From an uncultured Bacteroidia bacterium (GTDB lineage Bacteria > Bacteroidota > Bacteroidia > NS11-12g > UBA9320): a stretch of DNA of 64,000 bases. Below the pieces are notes generated by a model that did not search any database, was not told the DNA's origin, and worked only from the letters and a program-made list of their open reading frames with translations. How positions within the stretch are numbered: the first letter of the stretch is position 1; the number at the start of each line of letters is the position of its first letter. Shown piece after piece: positions 41,065-51,384 of this stretch. A program made the translations under genes and the position numbers. The DNA lies in the NCBI GenBank assembly GCA_943787465.1, contig CALSMN010000003.1, forward strand, positions 65,093-129,092, written 5' to 3'.

Positions 41065-44000
41065 ATGAAGAAAATACTTGTACTCTTAATATCTTGTTTT
41101 TCCCTTTCCTCTGTTTTGGCTCAATCCAACTTCGGAAAGCTTCAAGGTAAAGTAAATGATGCAAAAACCAAAAAAGCAATTGCTTATGCAACTATTATAC
41201 TTGAAAAAGATGGAATTAGAAAAGGAGGAGCATATACCGACGAGGACGGGAAATATGTTATTAATGCATTGGATCCAGGAAACTATAGTGTTACTGTAAA
41301 ATATCTTGATTACAAGGATAAAAAAATTACCGATGTTGATGTATTTGCTAACGGTACAAAATATTTAAATATTGAGATGTCGCAACTTTCGGCAGAAGAC
41401 GGTGGAGGTGAGGAGTTGGGTCCTGTTGTTATTAGAGCGGGTAAGCCCATGATTGAAAAGGATAATAACTCCAAAACCATTGGTTCAAAAGATATTGCTA
41501 AACTCCCTACTCGAAATTTAAATGCAATTGCGGGAATAACCTCTGGAGCAAACCAAACAAGTGGTGGCGGTATTTCTTTTTTAGGAAGTAGAACGGATGC
41601 TACTGCATATTTCGTCGATGGTGTAAGGGTTCTTGGAAGTAGTAGTGTTCCACAATCTGCTCAAGGTCAAATAGAAATTATACAATCGGGTGTTCCTGCT
41701 CAATATGGGGATTTTACTGGAGGTGCCATTGTGATTACCACCAAAGGTCCTTCTCGATTTGTCAATAGAAGTTTTGAGATGATTACGTCAACACTCCTTG
41801 ACCCATACAGCTTCAACCAAGCAGAATTTTCTGCAGTTGGACCCTTGTGGATTAAGAATAAAGGTGGAGGTAAGAAAGAATATGTTGCATTAGGATACCA
41901 AATGGCTGCTAACTTCAATTATACACTAGATCCAAGTCCAGGTTATGGAGGGTTTTATAGTGTTAAAGACGACGTATTGGCCCAAATAGAAGCTAATCCG
42001 ATCATTGAAAATCCCAATGGGCCACTTAATGTTTATCGTTCATTATTGCTTACAAAAGATGATTTGGAAATCAATGATGCTAGAAAAAATGTAGCGAGTT
42101 ATGGCGGGAATTTTCAGGGTAAATTAGAATTCCAACCCAACAAAAATTCAACCCTAACCTTGTTTGGCTCGTTTAATCAAGGTCAAGGAAACAACTTTAG
42201 TTATGATCAAAGTCTGATGAACTATAACCGATATAGTAACACTACCAATCAAACACTCCGTACCTATGTAAAATTCACTCAACGATTAGGGTCTACAAGC
42301 GAAGAAGATAAAGAAAAAAAGAAGTCCTTGTTTTCAGACGCATTTTATAATATTCGTGTAGATTATCAGAGTAGATGGCAAGAAAATCAAAATTTAGATC
42401 ACGGTCAGAATTTCTTCGACTACGGTTACATAGGAAAATTCACAGAATATAGAAAACCGTTTTATCAATTTAAATCAACACCCACACTTCATATCGATCA
42501 AAATGGAGATACCGTTGTAAGACAAAACTATTTTGATTTAGCGGGTACTTTTAATACAAAAATAACATTTGATCCAAGCGATAAAAACCCAATCCGAGCC
42601 AATTATACGAGCCAGCTTTTCAGAGAAGTTGAAGCTTCTGGTTTTAATTTTAATTCAACCAATCAAATTCAACAAGGGCTAGGTTTACTGAACGGTTTTG
42701 CGCCAGGATACTCCTATTCATTGTGGGCTAATCCTGGACTTGGTAATAATGGGTACTCTAAATCTCAATTTGAACGAATAGCAGCCTATGCACAAGGGGA
42801 AGCTATTTTAAACTTGGAAAATACCCACGATTTACAATTTGGAATTTACTATGAACAAACATTATTTAGTAGTTGGTCTCTCGCTGCAGGAAACCTTTGG
42901 ACATTGATGCCGCTTTTAGCGAATAGTCATATTTCAAATTTAGATCAAGTCACCGAAAATGGGTATATTATTGGAGGTAATCATTCTTATGATGATAATG
43001 GTCTGTTTACAGACACGGTAGATTACAACATTCGAATTGATAAAGATCAACAGAAAACATTTGATAAAAATTTGAGAGCTAAGTTAATTGCCGATGGAGC
43101 TGTGGATGTTTATGGTAATCCATACACGGAATCATCTTACATTGATATTAATAGTTTAAGTCCAAGCACTTTTAATTTAAACATGTTTAGTGCTGGAGAC
43201 CTTTGGAACAATGGAAATTCATTTGTAGGATATTTTGGTTATGACTATTTAGGAAATCGTACGCGAAAGGCATTTTCATTTACAGACTTTACGAATGATG
43301 ATGCTACAAAAGGAATAGGTTCATTTTCTCCCATATCAAATGCCATCTGGTTGCAGGATAAATTCCAATTTAAAGACCTTGTACTCCGATTGGGTGTTCG
43401 TGTAGAACGATACGATGGTAATCAGTTGGGATTGAAAGATCAATACTCGCTTTTTCCAACATACAGTGCTGGCGAAATTCAGAACATAGAATCCGGTGAA
43501 CGAGGGAGCAACCTCCTAGCCAATTATCAAATTCCAGGTAATATTGGAGAGGATTATGTTGTATATGTGAATGACATTGAGAGTCCAGGAGAAATTGTTG
43601 GATATAGAAATGGGAACAAATGGTTTGATAGTAACGGAGGAGAATTATCCAGTCCAGATCAATTAGCTCAATCTACAAAGAGTGGTAGAATTCAACCATT
43701 CCTTCAATCTACAGATGAAGAGTTAGTGCCAGAGGCTTTTCAAGATTACACTCCAACCATTAATGTACTGCCACGTGTGATGTTCTCATTCCCAATTAAT
43801 TCAGAAGCGCTCTTTTTTGCCAGCTATGACAAGCTTGCTCAACGTCCACAGGATGGAGCCATTTTTGCTCCTATTAATAGATACGACTACTTGGAAGAAA
43901 ATCAAGGAGGTACGCTACCTAATGCAAATTTACAGCCTCGTGTAACTACTAGCTATGAATTAGGATTTAAACAAACGCTGACCCAAAACTCTGCATTAAG

Positions 44001-44835
44001 TTTAATAGCAGCTTATCGATCAACACAAGGTGACTTTGCTTTAGTTCAAATAACGCAGGCTTATCCCATAACCTATAATAGTTATCAGAATTTAGATTTT
44101 GAAACCATCAAAAACTTCAGAGCAGAATACGAGTTAAGGGGTGAAGGAAGAACATCTTTAGGTGTGAATTACTCACTTTTATTCGCAGATGGAACAGGGT
44201 CTAATATTAACTCAGCAGCTGCTTTAATTCAAGCAGGTCAACCTAACTTAAGATCATTATATCCAACCTCACGTGATATCAGACATCAAATTTCAGCGGT
44301 ATTGGATTACAGATTCAAAAGTGGCAATGATTATACGGGTCCAATTTGGTTTGATAAACGAGTATTTGAAAATTTTGGGGGAAACTTTATATTTTCTACT
44401 AAATCTGGAGAGCCATATTCAGCATATATCAATCCAATAGCAAGTGCGGCATCTGGATCTGCACAAAGACAGTCCCTTGATGGTAATCCATTTGGATCTC
44501 GTTTGCCATGGCAATTTAAGGTAGACGCTAACTTCTCCAAGAGTTTTAATGTGAAAAAGAAAAATCCTAAAGATTCTTATCGAAGACAAGCAACCGAAAT
44601 TCAAGCATTTTTATGGGTACAAAATTTGTTTAATACAAAAAATATTCAAAGAGTTTATGGGTTTTCTGGTTTGCCAACAAGTGATGGCTGGTTAAGTTCT
44701 CCTCAGGGAATACAAGAGGCTAGTAATGCAGTAAATACCCAATCTTATGTTGCATTGTATAATGCAAAAGTAGAAAGTCCTTATTTTTATGAAACACCAA
44801 GAACAATTAGATTAGGTCTTAGAATGTATTTCTAA
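41065..44835 (+). CDS. TonB-dependent receptor with N-terminal carboxypeptidase-regulatory-like domain
   Basis: Signal peptide; N-terminal beta-sandwich; plug motifs GSR...YFVDGV and PAQYGDFTGGAIVITTK; barrel ending PRTIRLGLRMYF. Confidence 0.88.
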   Translation: MKKILVLLISCFSLSSVLAQSNFGKLQGKVNDAKTKKAIAYATIILEKDGIRKGGAYTDEDGKYVINALDPGNYSVTVKYLDYKDKKITDVDVFANGTKYLNIEMSQLSAEDGGGEELGPVVIRAGKPMIEKDNNSKTIGSKDIAKLPTRNLNAIAGITSGANQTSGGGISFLGSRTDATAYFVDGVRVLGSSSVPQSAQGQIEIIQSGVPAQYGDFTGGAIVITTKGPSRFVNRSFEMITSTLLDPYSFNQAEFSAVGPLWIKNKGGGKKEYVALGYQMAANFNYTLDPSPGYGGFYSVKDDVLAQIEANPIIENPNGPLNVYRSLLLTKDDLEINDARKNVASYGGNFQGKLEFQPNKNSTLTLFGSFNQGQGNNFSYDQSLMNYNRYSNTTNQTLRTYVKFTQRLGSTSEEDKEKKKSLFSDAFYNIRVDYQSRWQENQNLDHGQNFFDYGYIGKFTEYRKPFYQFKSTPTLHIDQNGDTVVRQNYFDLAGTFNTKITFDPSDKNPIRANYTSQLFREVEASGFNFNSTNQIQQGLGLLNGFAPGYSYSLWANPGLGNNGYSKSQFERIAAYAQGEAILNLENTHDLQFGIYYEQTLFSSWSLAAGNLWTLMPLLANSHISNLDQVTENGYIIGGNHSYDDNGLFTDTVDYNIRIDKDQQKTFDKNLRAKLIADGAVDVYGNPYTESSYIDINSLSPSTFNLNMFSAGDLWNNGNSFVGYFGYDYLGNRTRKAFSFTDFTNDDATKGIGSFSPISNAIWLQDKFQFKDLVLRLGVRVERYDGNQLGLKDQYSLFPTYSAGEIQNIESGERGSNLLANYQIPGNIGEDYVVYVNDIESPGEIVGYRNGNKWFDSNGGELSSPDQLAQSTKSGRIQPFLQSTDEELVPEAFQDYTPTINVLPRVMFSFPINSEALFFASYDKLAQRPQDGAIFAPINRYDYLEENQGGTLPNANLQPRVTTSYELGFKQTLTQNSALSLIAAYRSTQGDFALVQITQAYPITYNSYQNLDFETIKNFRAEYELRGEGRTSLGVNYSLLFADGTGSNINSAAALIQAGQPNLRSLYPTSRDIRHQISAVLDYRFKSGNDYTGPIWFDKRVFENFGGNFIFSTKSGEPYSAYINPIASAASGSAQRQSLDGNPFGSRLPWQFKVDANFSKSFNVKKKNPKDSYRRQATEIQAFLWVQNLFNTKNIQRVYGFSGLPTSDGWLSSPQGIQEASNAVNTQSYVALYNAKVESPYFYETPRTIRLGLRMYF

Positions 44836-44861
44836 GTACTAAAACATTAAGAATAGAAGCA

Positions 44862-47800
44862 ATGCATAAATCAATGAGAAAATATATACTAGTTTTAACC
44901 ATACTTTGTACGGTAAATGGATTTGCAAAAGAGAATATTGATGTTGAAGAACCCAAAACAAGAAGATCTGTTGGTTCTCACATGGAAATGAAGTTTGGAT
45001 CAGATTGTGATCCTGCAACGCAGAGTGCAGACCTAGATATTAATAATGTTCGGACTAAGATTCTGAATGGTGGTGATATGTGGTGGGATTTGAATGCTGC
45101 TCGTTATGAAATTCCAAAATTAGTTGATGTGAATGCCGTAAGAAAGAATAGTCTTTTTGCAGGAGCTATTTGGATCGGGGGTTTAGATCAAGCAGAAAAT
45201 CTTCGGTTAGCTGCTATGACATACCGTCAAAGGGGATCTGATTTTTGGCCTGGACCTTTAGACCAGGCTACCAGTAACACTTCAAAAGCTCAATGTGATG
45301 AATGGGATAAGATATTTAAGGTAGATGGCAAGAATATTATAGATCATGCCAATAATTTCACTGGGGTTGTTAATGAACAAATTGAAAATTGGCCCGGGGA
45401 ATATGCGCCATATTTTGATGGTGACGGTGACGGTACCTATAATCCTCAAAATGGATTAGACTATCCGGTACTTCAAAATTTTTGTAGAGGTCAAAAATTA
45501 GAAAATAAAGCGGAAGATCAACCCGATCAAATGCTCTGGTGGATATATAATGACAAAGGGAATATTCACACAGAAACTCAGGGAGATCCCATTGGTGTTG
45601 AAATGCAAACAACAGCTTTTGCTTTTGCTACCAATGACGAAATTAATGATATGACTTTTTATACGACGTTGATTACAAACCGGGGTGCTACTGAATTAAA
45701 CAATACCTATTTTGGACAATGGGTAGATGCCGATCTTGGCAATTATGCAGATGATTATGTGGGATGTGACGTTGGATTATCTTTAGGATTTTGTTACAAT
45801 GGTGACGATAACGATGAGGGTGTTTTAGGCTACGGTTTAAATCCGCCATCAGTTGGGGTAGATTTCTTTGAAGGACCTAAGGTGAAACAAATTGGACCGG
45901 GAGGTGTGGAAGAAGAAGTAGAATTGGGGATGTCTAAATTTGTTTACTACAATAATAATAGTGATCAAACGAATGGAAACCCATTCATTGCCACAGATTT
46001 TTATAATTATCTACGCGGTAAGTGGAGAACAGGAACGGATATTGAATTTGGGGGTAATGGTATTGTTGGAACTGACGGTACAAAAGCTGATTGGATGTTC
46101 CCATTTGATACAGACACATCACATCCTGGTCAAAACTGGAATGAAAATGAGGCGGGTAATACCCCAGCAGATAGACGTTTTATTCAATCATCTGGTCCGT
46201 TTGTTTTAGAACCTGGAGCTGTTCAGAAATTGACCGTAGGCGTGGTATGGGCTAGAGCCCCATTTGGTGGAGCAACAGGTTCATTAGAGCTTTTGAAAAT
46301 TGCGAGTAGTAGGGCACAAGAGTTATTTAATTCTTGCTTTGATTTAGTAGATGGTCCAGATGCACCCGAGGTGGAAGTTCATGAACAAGATCAACAAATT
46401 GTTTTATCATTAGGTATGACTAACTCAGATCGTGTTGAGCGTTACAGGGATACTTTATTAGATGGAGCAAACAGAGAAGAATATTTTGGTTTTCAGGGAT
46501 ATCGAGTATTCCAATTGAAAGATGGCGGGGTAAGTTTGTCAGAATTAGATGACCTCAGTAAAGCACGAGAAATTTTTCAATGTGATTTAGAAGACGAATT
46601 TGATGTTTTAATTAATCAAGAATTCCAATTTGATGTAGGTGCCCCTATTCCTGTTCTAAAAGTTCGTGGAGAAAATCAAGGACTTTCACATACATTTAGA
46701 ATTACTGAAGACGAATTTGCTACGGGATCTAATAAGTCCTTAGTCAATTTCCAAACCTATCATTATATCGTACTTTCATATGCAGCTGCTGAGAGCAATA
46801 CACGTCCTTATTTGGAAGGGAGGAAAGTGAAGAAATTTAGTGCATCACCTCATAAATTAGAGCCTAAATTCGGAGGATCTAGTGTGCCTTCATTTTATGG
46901 AGACGGTCCTGAATTACAGCGTATTTCGGGCAAAGGTAATGGCATGAACGAATTAGAGCTAAAAGCAGAAACGATTGATGAAATCTTATCCAATAATTTT
47001 GTTGCTAACCCTATTTATGAAAATGGCTTAGGGCCAATTAACATTAAAGTGATAGATCCACTTAAAATACCCCTGGGTGAGTTTGAATTAAAGTTAGTAC
47101 CCAAAGGAGTTACGCAAAATACAGGTAATGATGCAGACAGTTTATGGGCCGATAGCACGGCATGGATTCTAACGAATATTACAACTGGAGAATCTGTAAC
47201 ATCAGATACTTCATTGGCTTATAAAAATGAGCAAATCATTTTGGCATCTACTACTGGTAAAGATGTATTAGATTGGGGGATGGCTGTGACTATCAATCAA
47301 GTTGCTGCTCCTGGAGTAGATCCAGTTAGGAATTTATCCAATGGATTTATCAATTGGTCTGTAACTTTTCAAGATCCAAGTAACGAATGGCTATCTGCAG
47401 TAAGTGATAATGATGCAGGAAATGCGAATCAATATGGAGCATACGATTGGATTCGTTCAGGTATAAATGGAAAATTACAAGGATTTAATGACCCATCTTT
47501 CCATGATTACGCATCCAATGGCGGTGCTCTTGACCCAGACAGTAAGTACGAGTCTATATGGGATGGAAGAATTGCACCTAATCGTTTAGTTTCCAATACT
47601 TCGGAGGCTGTTTCTCCAGGTAGACCCCAAACCTTAGTTCAACCTATGACTTTTGGATATCAAGCAATGCAGGGAATAGGTCTAGATAAATTATCTAGTG
47701 TTGATATTGTTCTCACCCCAGACGAATCAAAATGGAGTGAATGTGTAATGCTTGAAATGGGCGAAGACCCAGGGCTGAACCAAGATCAAGTTGAAAAATT

Positions 47801-48710
47801 TGCAATGCGAACAGGAACACTTACCTATAAAGGAACAAACTTGAAGCCAGGTAAAACGATTTTCCCCGGATATGCAATTAACGTCAACACCGGAGAACGA
47901 TTAAATATCATTGTTGGTGAAGACTCATATCAAAGAAGTGAAAATGGGCGTGATATGAAATGGAATCCAACGGATAGAAATGGAGTTTTCAATGGTTCAT
48001 ATGCATCATTTGGAGGTAGACATTTCATCTATGTCATGGGATCACATAAAGGAATAGCAGCATCAATTCATCCTAAATTGCCAATTTACGATCGTGGTGA
48101 AGAATACTATAATCTGCTTACAGCTATGACCCCAGGAAACAGGATGTCTACATTGACCAAAATTTTCCAAAACTGTGATTGGGTTATCCCAGCCATCATG
48201 GCACCGGGAAAATCATTGATTGAAAATGAAGATGGAATTCCTACACCACCCAATGAAGTTAAAATTAGACTTCGAGTAGGTATGCCTTATGGAACAACAC
48301 CCGAAACATCAGATATTAATGAAGGTAGACCCACATATAAATTTAGTACTGAAGATATTTATAATGACATTAATAATGAGAACGGTAAGAAAGCATTAGA
48401 AATGGCCAATATTGTCCCTAACCCCTATTATGCTTTTTCTGGGTACGAAGGAAGTGCCATTGATAATCGAGTTAAATTCACCAACCTACCTGTTAATTGT
48501 GAGATTTCAATTTATACGTTAGATGGGGCCTTGGTTCGACGAATCAAAAAAGATGATACATCTACTGAATTAGATTGGAACTTAAAAAACAATGCAAACG
48601 TTCCCATTGCTAGTGGTTTGTATATCATCCATATTGATGCAGGAGAACTGGGTGAGAAAGTATTAAAATGGATGGGTGTTATGAGGGAATTAGATTTAGA
48701 TTCTTTTTAG
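44862..48710 (+). CDS. Large T9SS type A sorting-domain protein of unknown function
   Basis: Cleavable signal peptide; C-terminal VPNPYY...VKFTNLP..CEISIYTLDGALVR...WNLKN...IASGLYIIHI; DGDGDG Ca-binding-like loop. Confidence 0.8.
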   Translation: MHKSMRKYILVLTILCTVNGFAKENIDVEEPKTRRSVGSHMEMKFGSDCDPATQSADLDINNVRTKILNGGDMWWDLNAARYEIPKLVDVNAVRKNSLFAGAIWIGGLDQAENLRLAAMTYRQRGSDFWPGPLDQATSNTSKAQCDEWDKIFKVDGKNIIDHANNFTGVVNEQIENWPGEYAPYFDGDGDGTYNPQNGLDYPVLQNFCRGQKLENKAEDQPDQMLWWIYNDKGNIHTETQGDPIGVEMQTTAFAFATNDEINDMTFYTTLITNRGATELNNTYFGQWVDADLGNYADDYVGCDVGLSLGFCYNGDDNDEGVLGYGLNPPSVGVDFFEGPKVKQIGPGGVEEEVELGMSKFVYYNNNSDQTNGNPFIATDFYNYLRGKWRTGTDIEFGGNGIVGTDGTKADWMFPFDTDTSHPGQNWNENEAGNTPADRRFIQSSGPFVLEPGAVQKLTVGVVWARAPFGGATGSLELLKIASSRAQELFNSCFDLVDGPDAPEVEVHEQDQQIVLSLGMTNSDRVERYRDTLLDGANREEYFGFQGYRVFQLKDGGVSLSELDDLSKAREIFQCDLEDEFDVLINQEFQFDVGAPIPVLKVRGENQGLSHTFRITEDEFATGSNKSLVNFQTYHYIVLSYAAAESNTRPYLEGRKVKKFSASPHKLEPKFGGSSVPSFYGDGPELQRISGKGNGMNELELKAETIDEILSNNFVANPIYENGLGPINIKVIDPLKIPLGEFELKLVPKGVTQNTGNDADSLWADSTAWILTNITTGESVTSDTSLAYKNEQIILASTTGKDVLDWGMAVTINQVAAPGVDPVRNLSNGFINWSVTFQDPSNEWLSAVSDNDAGNANQYGAYDWIRSGINGKLQGFNDPSFHDYASNGGALDPDSKYESIWDGRIAPNRLVSNTSEAVSPGRPQTLVQPMTFGYQAMQGIGLDKLSSVDIVLTPDESKWSECVMLEMGEDPGLNQDQVEKFAMRTGTLTYKGTNLKPGKTIFPGYAINVNTGERLNIIVGEDSYQRSENGRDMKWNPTDRNGVFNGSYASFGGRHFIYVMGSHKGIAASIHPKLPIYDRGEEYYNLLTAMTPGNRMSTLTKIFQNCDWVIPAIMAPGKSLIENEDGIPTPPNEVKIRLRVGMPYGTTPETSDINEGRPTYKFSTEDIYNDINNENGKKALEMANIVPNPYYAFSGYEGSAIDNRVKFTNLPVNCEISIYTLDGALVRRIKKDDTSTELDWNLKNNANVPIASGLYIIHIDAGELGEKVLKWMGVMRELDLDSF

Positions 48711-48733
48711 TATTACGGTTAGATTAAAAATTA

Positions 48734-49810
48734 ATGAAAAAAATTATCATATTAACAATCATAGTATCAGCCAGCACTGCTCTTTTTGCAGGGAATCCTG
48801 ATAGAATTGGTCAAGCAGGAGCAACCCAGCTGAATATCAACGGTTGGGGTAGAAGCTCCGGTTGGGGTTGGGCTTCTGTAAGTAGTGTAAAAGGGTTAGA
48901 GTCAATCTACAATAATATTGGAGGACTTGCCCATACTGGGAATACAGAAATTATTTTCTCTCGAACAGCCTGGCTAAGAGGAAGTGATATAAATATCAAT
49001 ACCTTTGGATTTGCACAAAATATTGGTGGATCAGGGGGATTAGGCGTTAGTATCATGAGTTATGATATGGGTGAAATCCCAATCACTACTTATGAGCAAC
49101 CAGATGGTGGAATAGGAACATACAAGCCTAGATTTACCAATATCACTGCAGCATATGCTAAGCGATTTACGCAAGAAATTTCAGGGGGAATTGGGTTCAA
49201 AGTTTTTTCAGAATCGATTACTAATGCAAAAGCTCAAGGCGTTGCTCTTGATGCAGGCATTCAGTATATAACAACTTTAAGAAAAGAGGGGATAAAAAAG
49301 AATGATGTGAAATTTGGGGTCTCACTAAAAAATATAGGACCTGATGTTCGCTATGCAGGTGATGGTTTATCTACTAAACTACAAGACCCTAATAAAGGAG
49401 TGGAGTATACTGTGAATCAACGTGCTGCTAAATTTAATTTACCTACACTCATGAATATCAGTGCATCGTATGATTTGAGATTGGATAAAAATGAGGAAAC
49501 TTACTTTCATCGTTTTACACCAGCCTTTACATTCACAAATAATGCATTTGCAAATAACCAATTTACGCTTGGAGCAGAATACGGATACAAAGACATGTTC
49601 CAATTGAGAATGGGTTACGCATATGAAGATGGGATAACAAGTTATGAGACAAGAGTAAATGCATTTACAGGTATAGTAGGTGGTTTTACTTTTGAAGTAC
49701 CTCTAAAGAAAGAATCTTCCAATATTTTTGGTCTTGATTATTCATACAGACACTCTAATCCGTTTGGAGGATCGCACTCTTTTGGGGTTAGGTTAAGTAT
49801 AGGAGAATAA
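48734..49810 (+). CDS. PorV/PorQ family outer-membrane beta-barrel
   Basis: AGATQLNING.GRSSGWG...SIYNNIGGLA resembles the PorV-family N-terminal motif; DAGIQY, LKNIG, LRMGY strands. Confidence 0.8.
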   Translation: MKKIIILTIIVSASTALFAGNPDRIGQAGATQLNINGWGRSSGWGWASVSSVKGLESIYNNIGGLAHTGNTEIIFSRTAWLRGSDININTFGFAQNIGGSGGLGVSIMSYDMGEIPITTYEQPDGGIGTYKPRFTNITAAYAKRFTQEISGGIGFKVFSESITNAKAQGVALDAGIQYITTLRKEGIKKNDVKFGVSLKNIGPDVRYAGDGLSTKLQDPNKGVEYTVNQRAAKFNLPTLMNISASYDLRLDKNEETYFHRFTPAFTFTNNAFANNQFTLGAEYGYKDMFQLRMGYAYEDGITSYETRVNAFTGIVGGFTFEVPLKKESSNIFGLDYSYRHSNPFGGSHSFGVRLSIGE

Positions 49811-49835
49811 TTTCAATAAGAATTTAAAATCAATT

Positions 49836-49874
49836 ACACTATCATACTAAATAAAGTATGGTAGTGTCTTTTTT
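49836..49874 (+). terminator. Intrinsic terminator closing the TBDT operon
   Basis: ACACTATCATACT-loop-AGTATGGTAGTGT followed by a T tract. Confidence 0.75.
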
Positions 49875-49884
49875 ATATAAAAAA

Positions 49885-50355
49885 ATGGCAATAAACTACG
49901 TTTCACAAGAAGGCTTTGATTCACTCAAAGAACAAATTGAACAACTTGAAAAAGTAGATCGAAAAAAAATTAGTAATCAAATTGCAGAGGCAAGAGATAA
50001 AGGTGATTTATCAGAAAATGCGGAGTACGACGCTGCTAAAGAAGCTCAGGGATTATTAGAAATGAAAATTTCAAAACTGAAGAATATCATGGCTAATTCA
50101 CGAGTTATTGATCCAAGAGATCTGGATTTAAGTAAAGTTAATATTCAAACCAAAGTTCGATTGATGAATATAAAATTCAATAAAGAAGTCACTTATCATA
50201 TTGTAGCAGAAAGCGAAGCCAATTTGAGAGAAAATAAAATTTCTGTTCAATCTCCTATTGGCAAAGGCCTCATGGGGAAGAAAATTGGAGAAATAGTAGA
50301 TATTGAGGTGCCTGCAGGAACCATTCAATTTGAAATTCTTGAGGTTGGATTATAA
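49885..50355 (+). CDS. greA: Transcription elongation factor GreA
   Basis: ARDKGDLSENAEYDAAKE, SPIGKGL. Confidence 0.97.
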   Translation: MAINYVSQEGFDSLKEQIEQLEKVDRKKISNQIAEARDKGDLSENAEYDAAKEAQGLLEMKISKLKNIMANSRVIDPRDLDLSKVNIQTKVRLMNIKFNKEVTYHIVAESEANLRENKISVQSPIGKGLMGKKIGEIVDIEVPAGTIQFEILEVGL

Positions 50356-50759
50356 TGACCCTATTTGAAAAAATAGTATTAGGTGAAATTCCAGCTTATA
50401 AAATTGCTGAAACAGACAATTGCTTAGCCTTTCTTGATGCCTTTCCATTGAAAGAAGGTCATGTCTTGGTAATCCCTAAAAAACCTATAAATTATATTTT
50501 TGATTTAAATGATGATATGACCATATCATTACATCTCTTTACTAAAAAAGTCGCTCAAGCTATGAAAGAAGTGATTGACTGTAATCGTATTGGAATGGCT
50601 GTAATTGGTTTAGAAGTTCCACACACTCATATTCATTTAGTCCCATTGGATCAGATTGATGATATTAATTTTTCAAAACCTAAAATTAAATTGAGTGATG
50701 AACGAATGCAAGAAATAGCAGGTTCTATACAAAGAGTATTCACTAGTTTACATAGCTAA
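50355..50759 (+). CDS. HIT family nucleotide hydrolase
   Basis: GHVLVIPK, HTHIH triad. Confidence 0.93.
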   Translation: MTLFEKIVLGEIPAYKIAETDNCLAFLDAFPLKEGHVLVIPKKPINYIFDLNDDMTISLHLFTKKVAQAMKEVIDCNRIGMAVIGLEVPHTHIHLVPLDQIDDINFSKPKIKLSDERMQEIAGSIQRVFTSLHS

Positions 50760-51329
50760 CTATTTAATTTTATCTGGATTTTTATTGATAAAACTGTTCC
50801 AGTTGTTGTAGTGGGTTCCAGAATGATCTTGTCCTGGTTTGTAGGTAAAATAATGACAAATTGCAATTGCAATTGCATCTGTAGCGTCAAATTTGGAATG
50901 CAATGTCTCCAGATTAAGTAAGGATTTTACCATACCTGCCACCTGCTCTTTGGTAGCTGTTCCTCTACCTGTGACACTTTGTTTAATTCTTCTGGGAGCA
51001 TATTCGAATATGGGAATATTTCTATTTAAGGCAGCGGCCATACTAACTCCTTGTGCTCTTCCCAATTTAAGCATACTCTGAGCATTTTTACCATAAAATG
51101 GGGCTTCTATAGCAAATTCATCGGGTAAGTATGTGTCAATCAACTTTGAACATTGATCAAAAATAGATTGCAATTTCATAGCATGGTTAATTTCGGATCG
51201 TAAATCAAAAATACCCATGCTGATATAATTCAATTGATTTTTTTTAATACCAATAACTCCATATCCTGAAATATTAGTTCCAGGATCTATTCCCAAGATT
51301 ATTTTATCGTATGTGTTATCTTTCGCCAC
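50760..51329 (-). CDS. ruvC: Holliday junction resolvase RuvC
   Basis: GIDPG, EAPFYGKN, ATKEQV, DATDA; likely GTG start at 51329 with TACCTTTG -7 box at 51338-51345 (-). Confidence 0.96.
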   Translation of the reverse strand: MAKDNTYDKIILGIDPGTNISGYGVIGIKKNQLNYISMGIFDLRSEINHAMKLQSIFDQCSKLIDTYLPDEFAIEAPFYGKNAQSMLKLGRAQGVSMAAALNRNIPIFEYAPRRIKQSVTGRGTATKEQVAGMVKSLLNLETLHSKFDATDAIAIAICHYFTYKPGQDHSGTHYNNWNSFINKNPDKIK

Positions 51330-51384
51330 GCTTAAAGCAAAGGTAAAGTTAACCCTCTTAAAGATTGTTAACATCCTACTAAAG

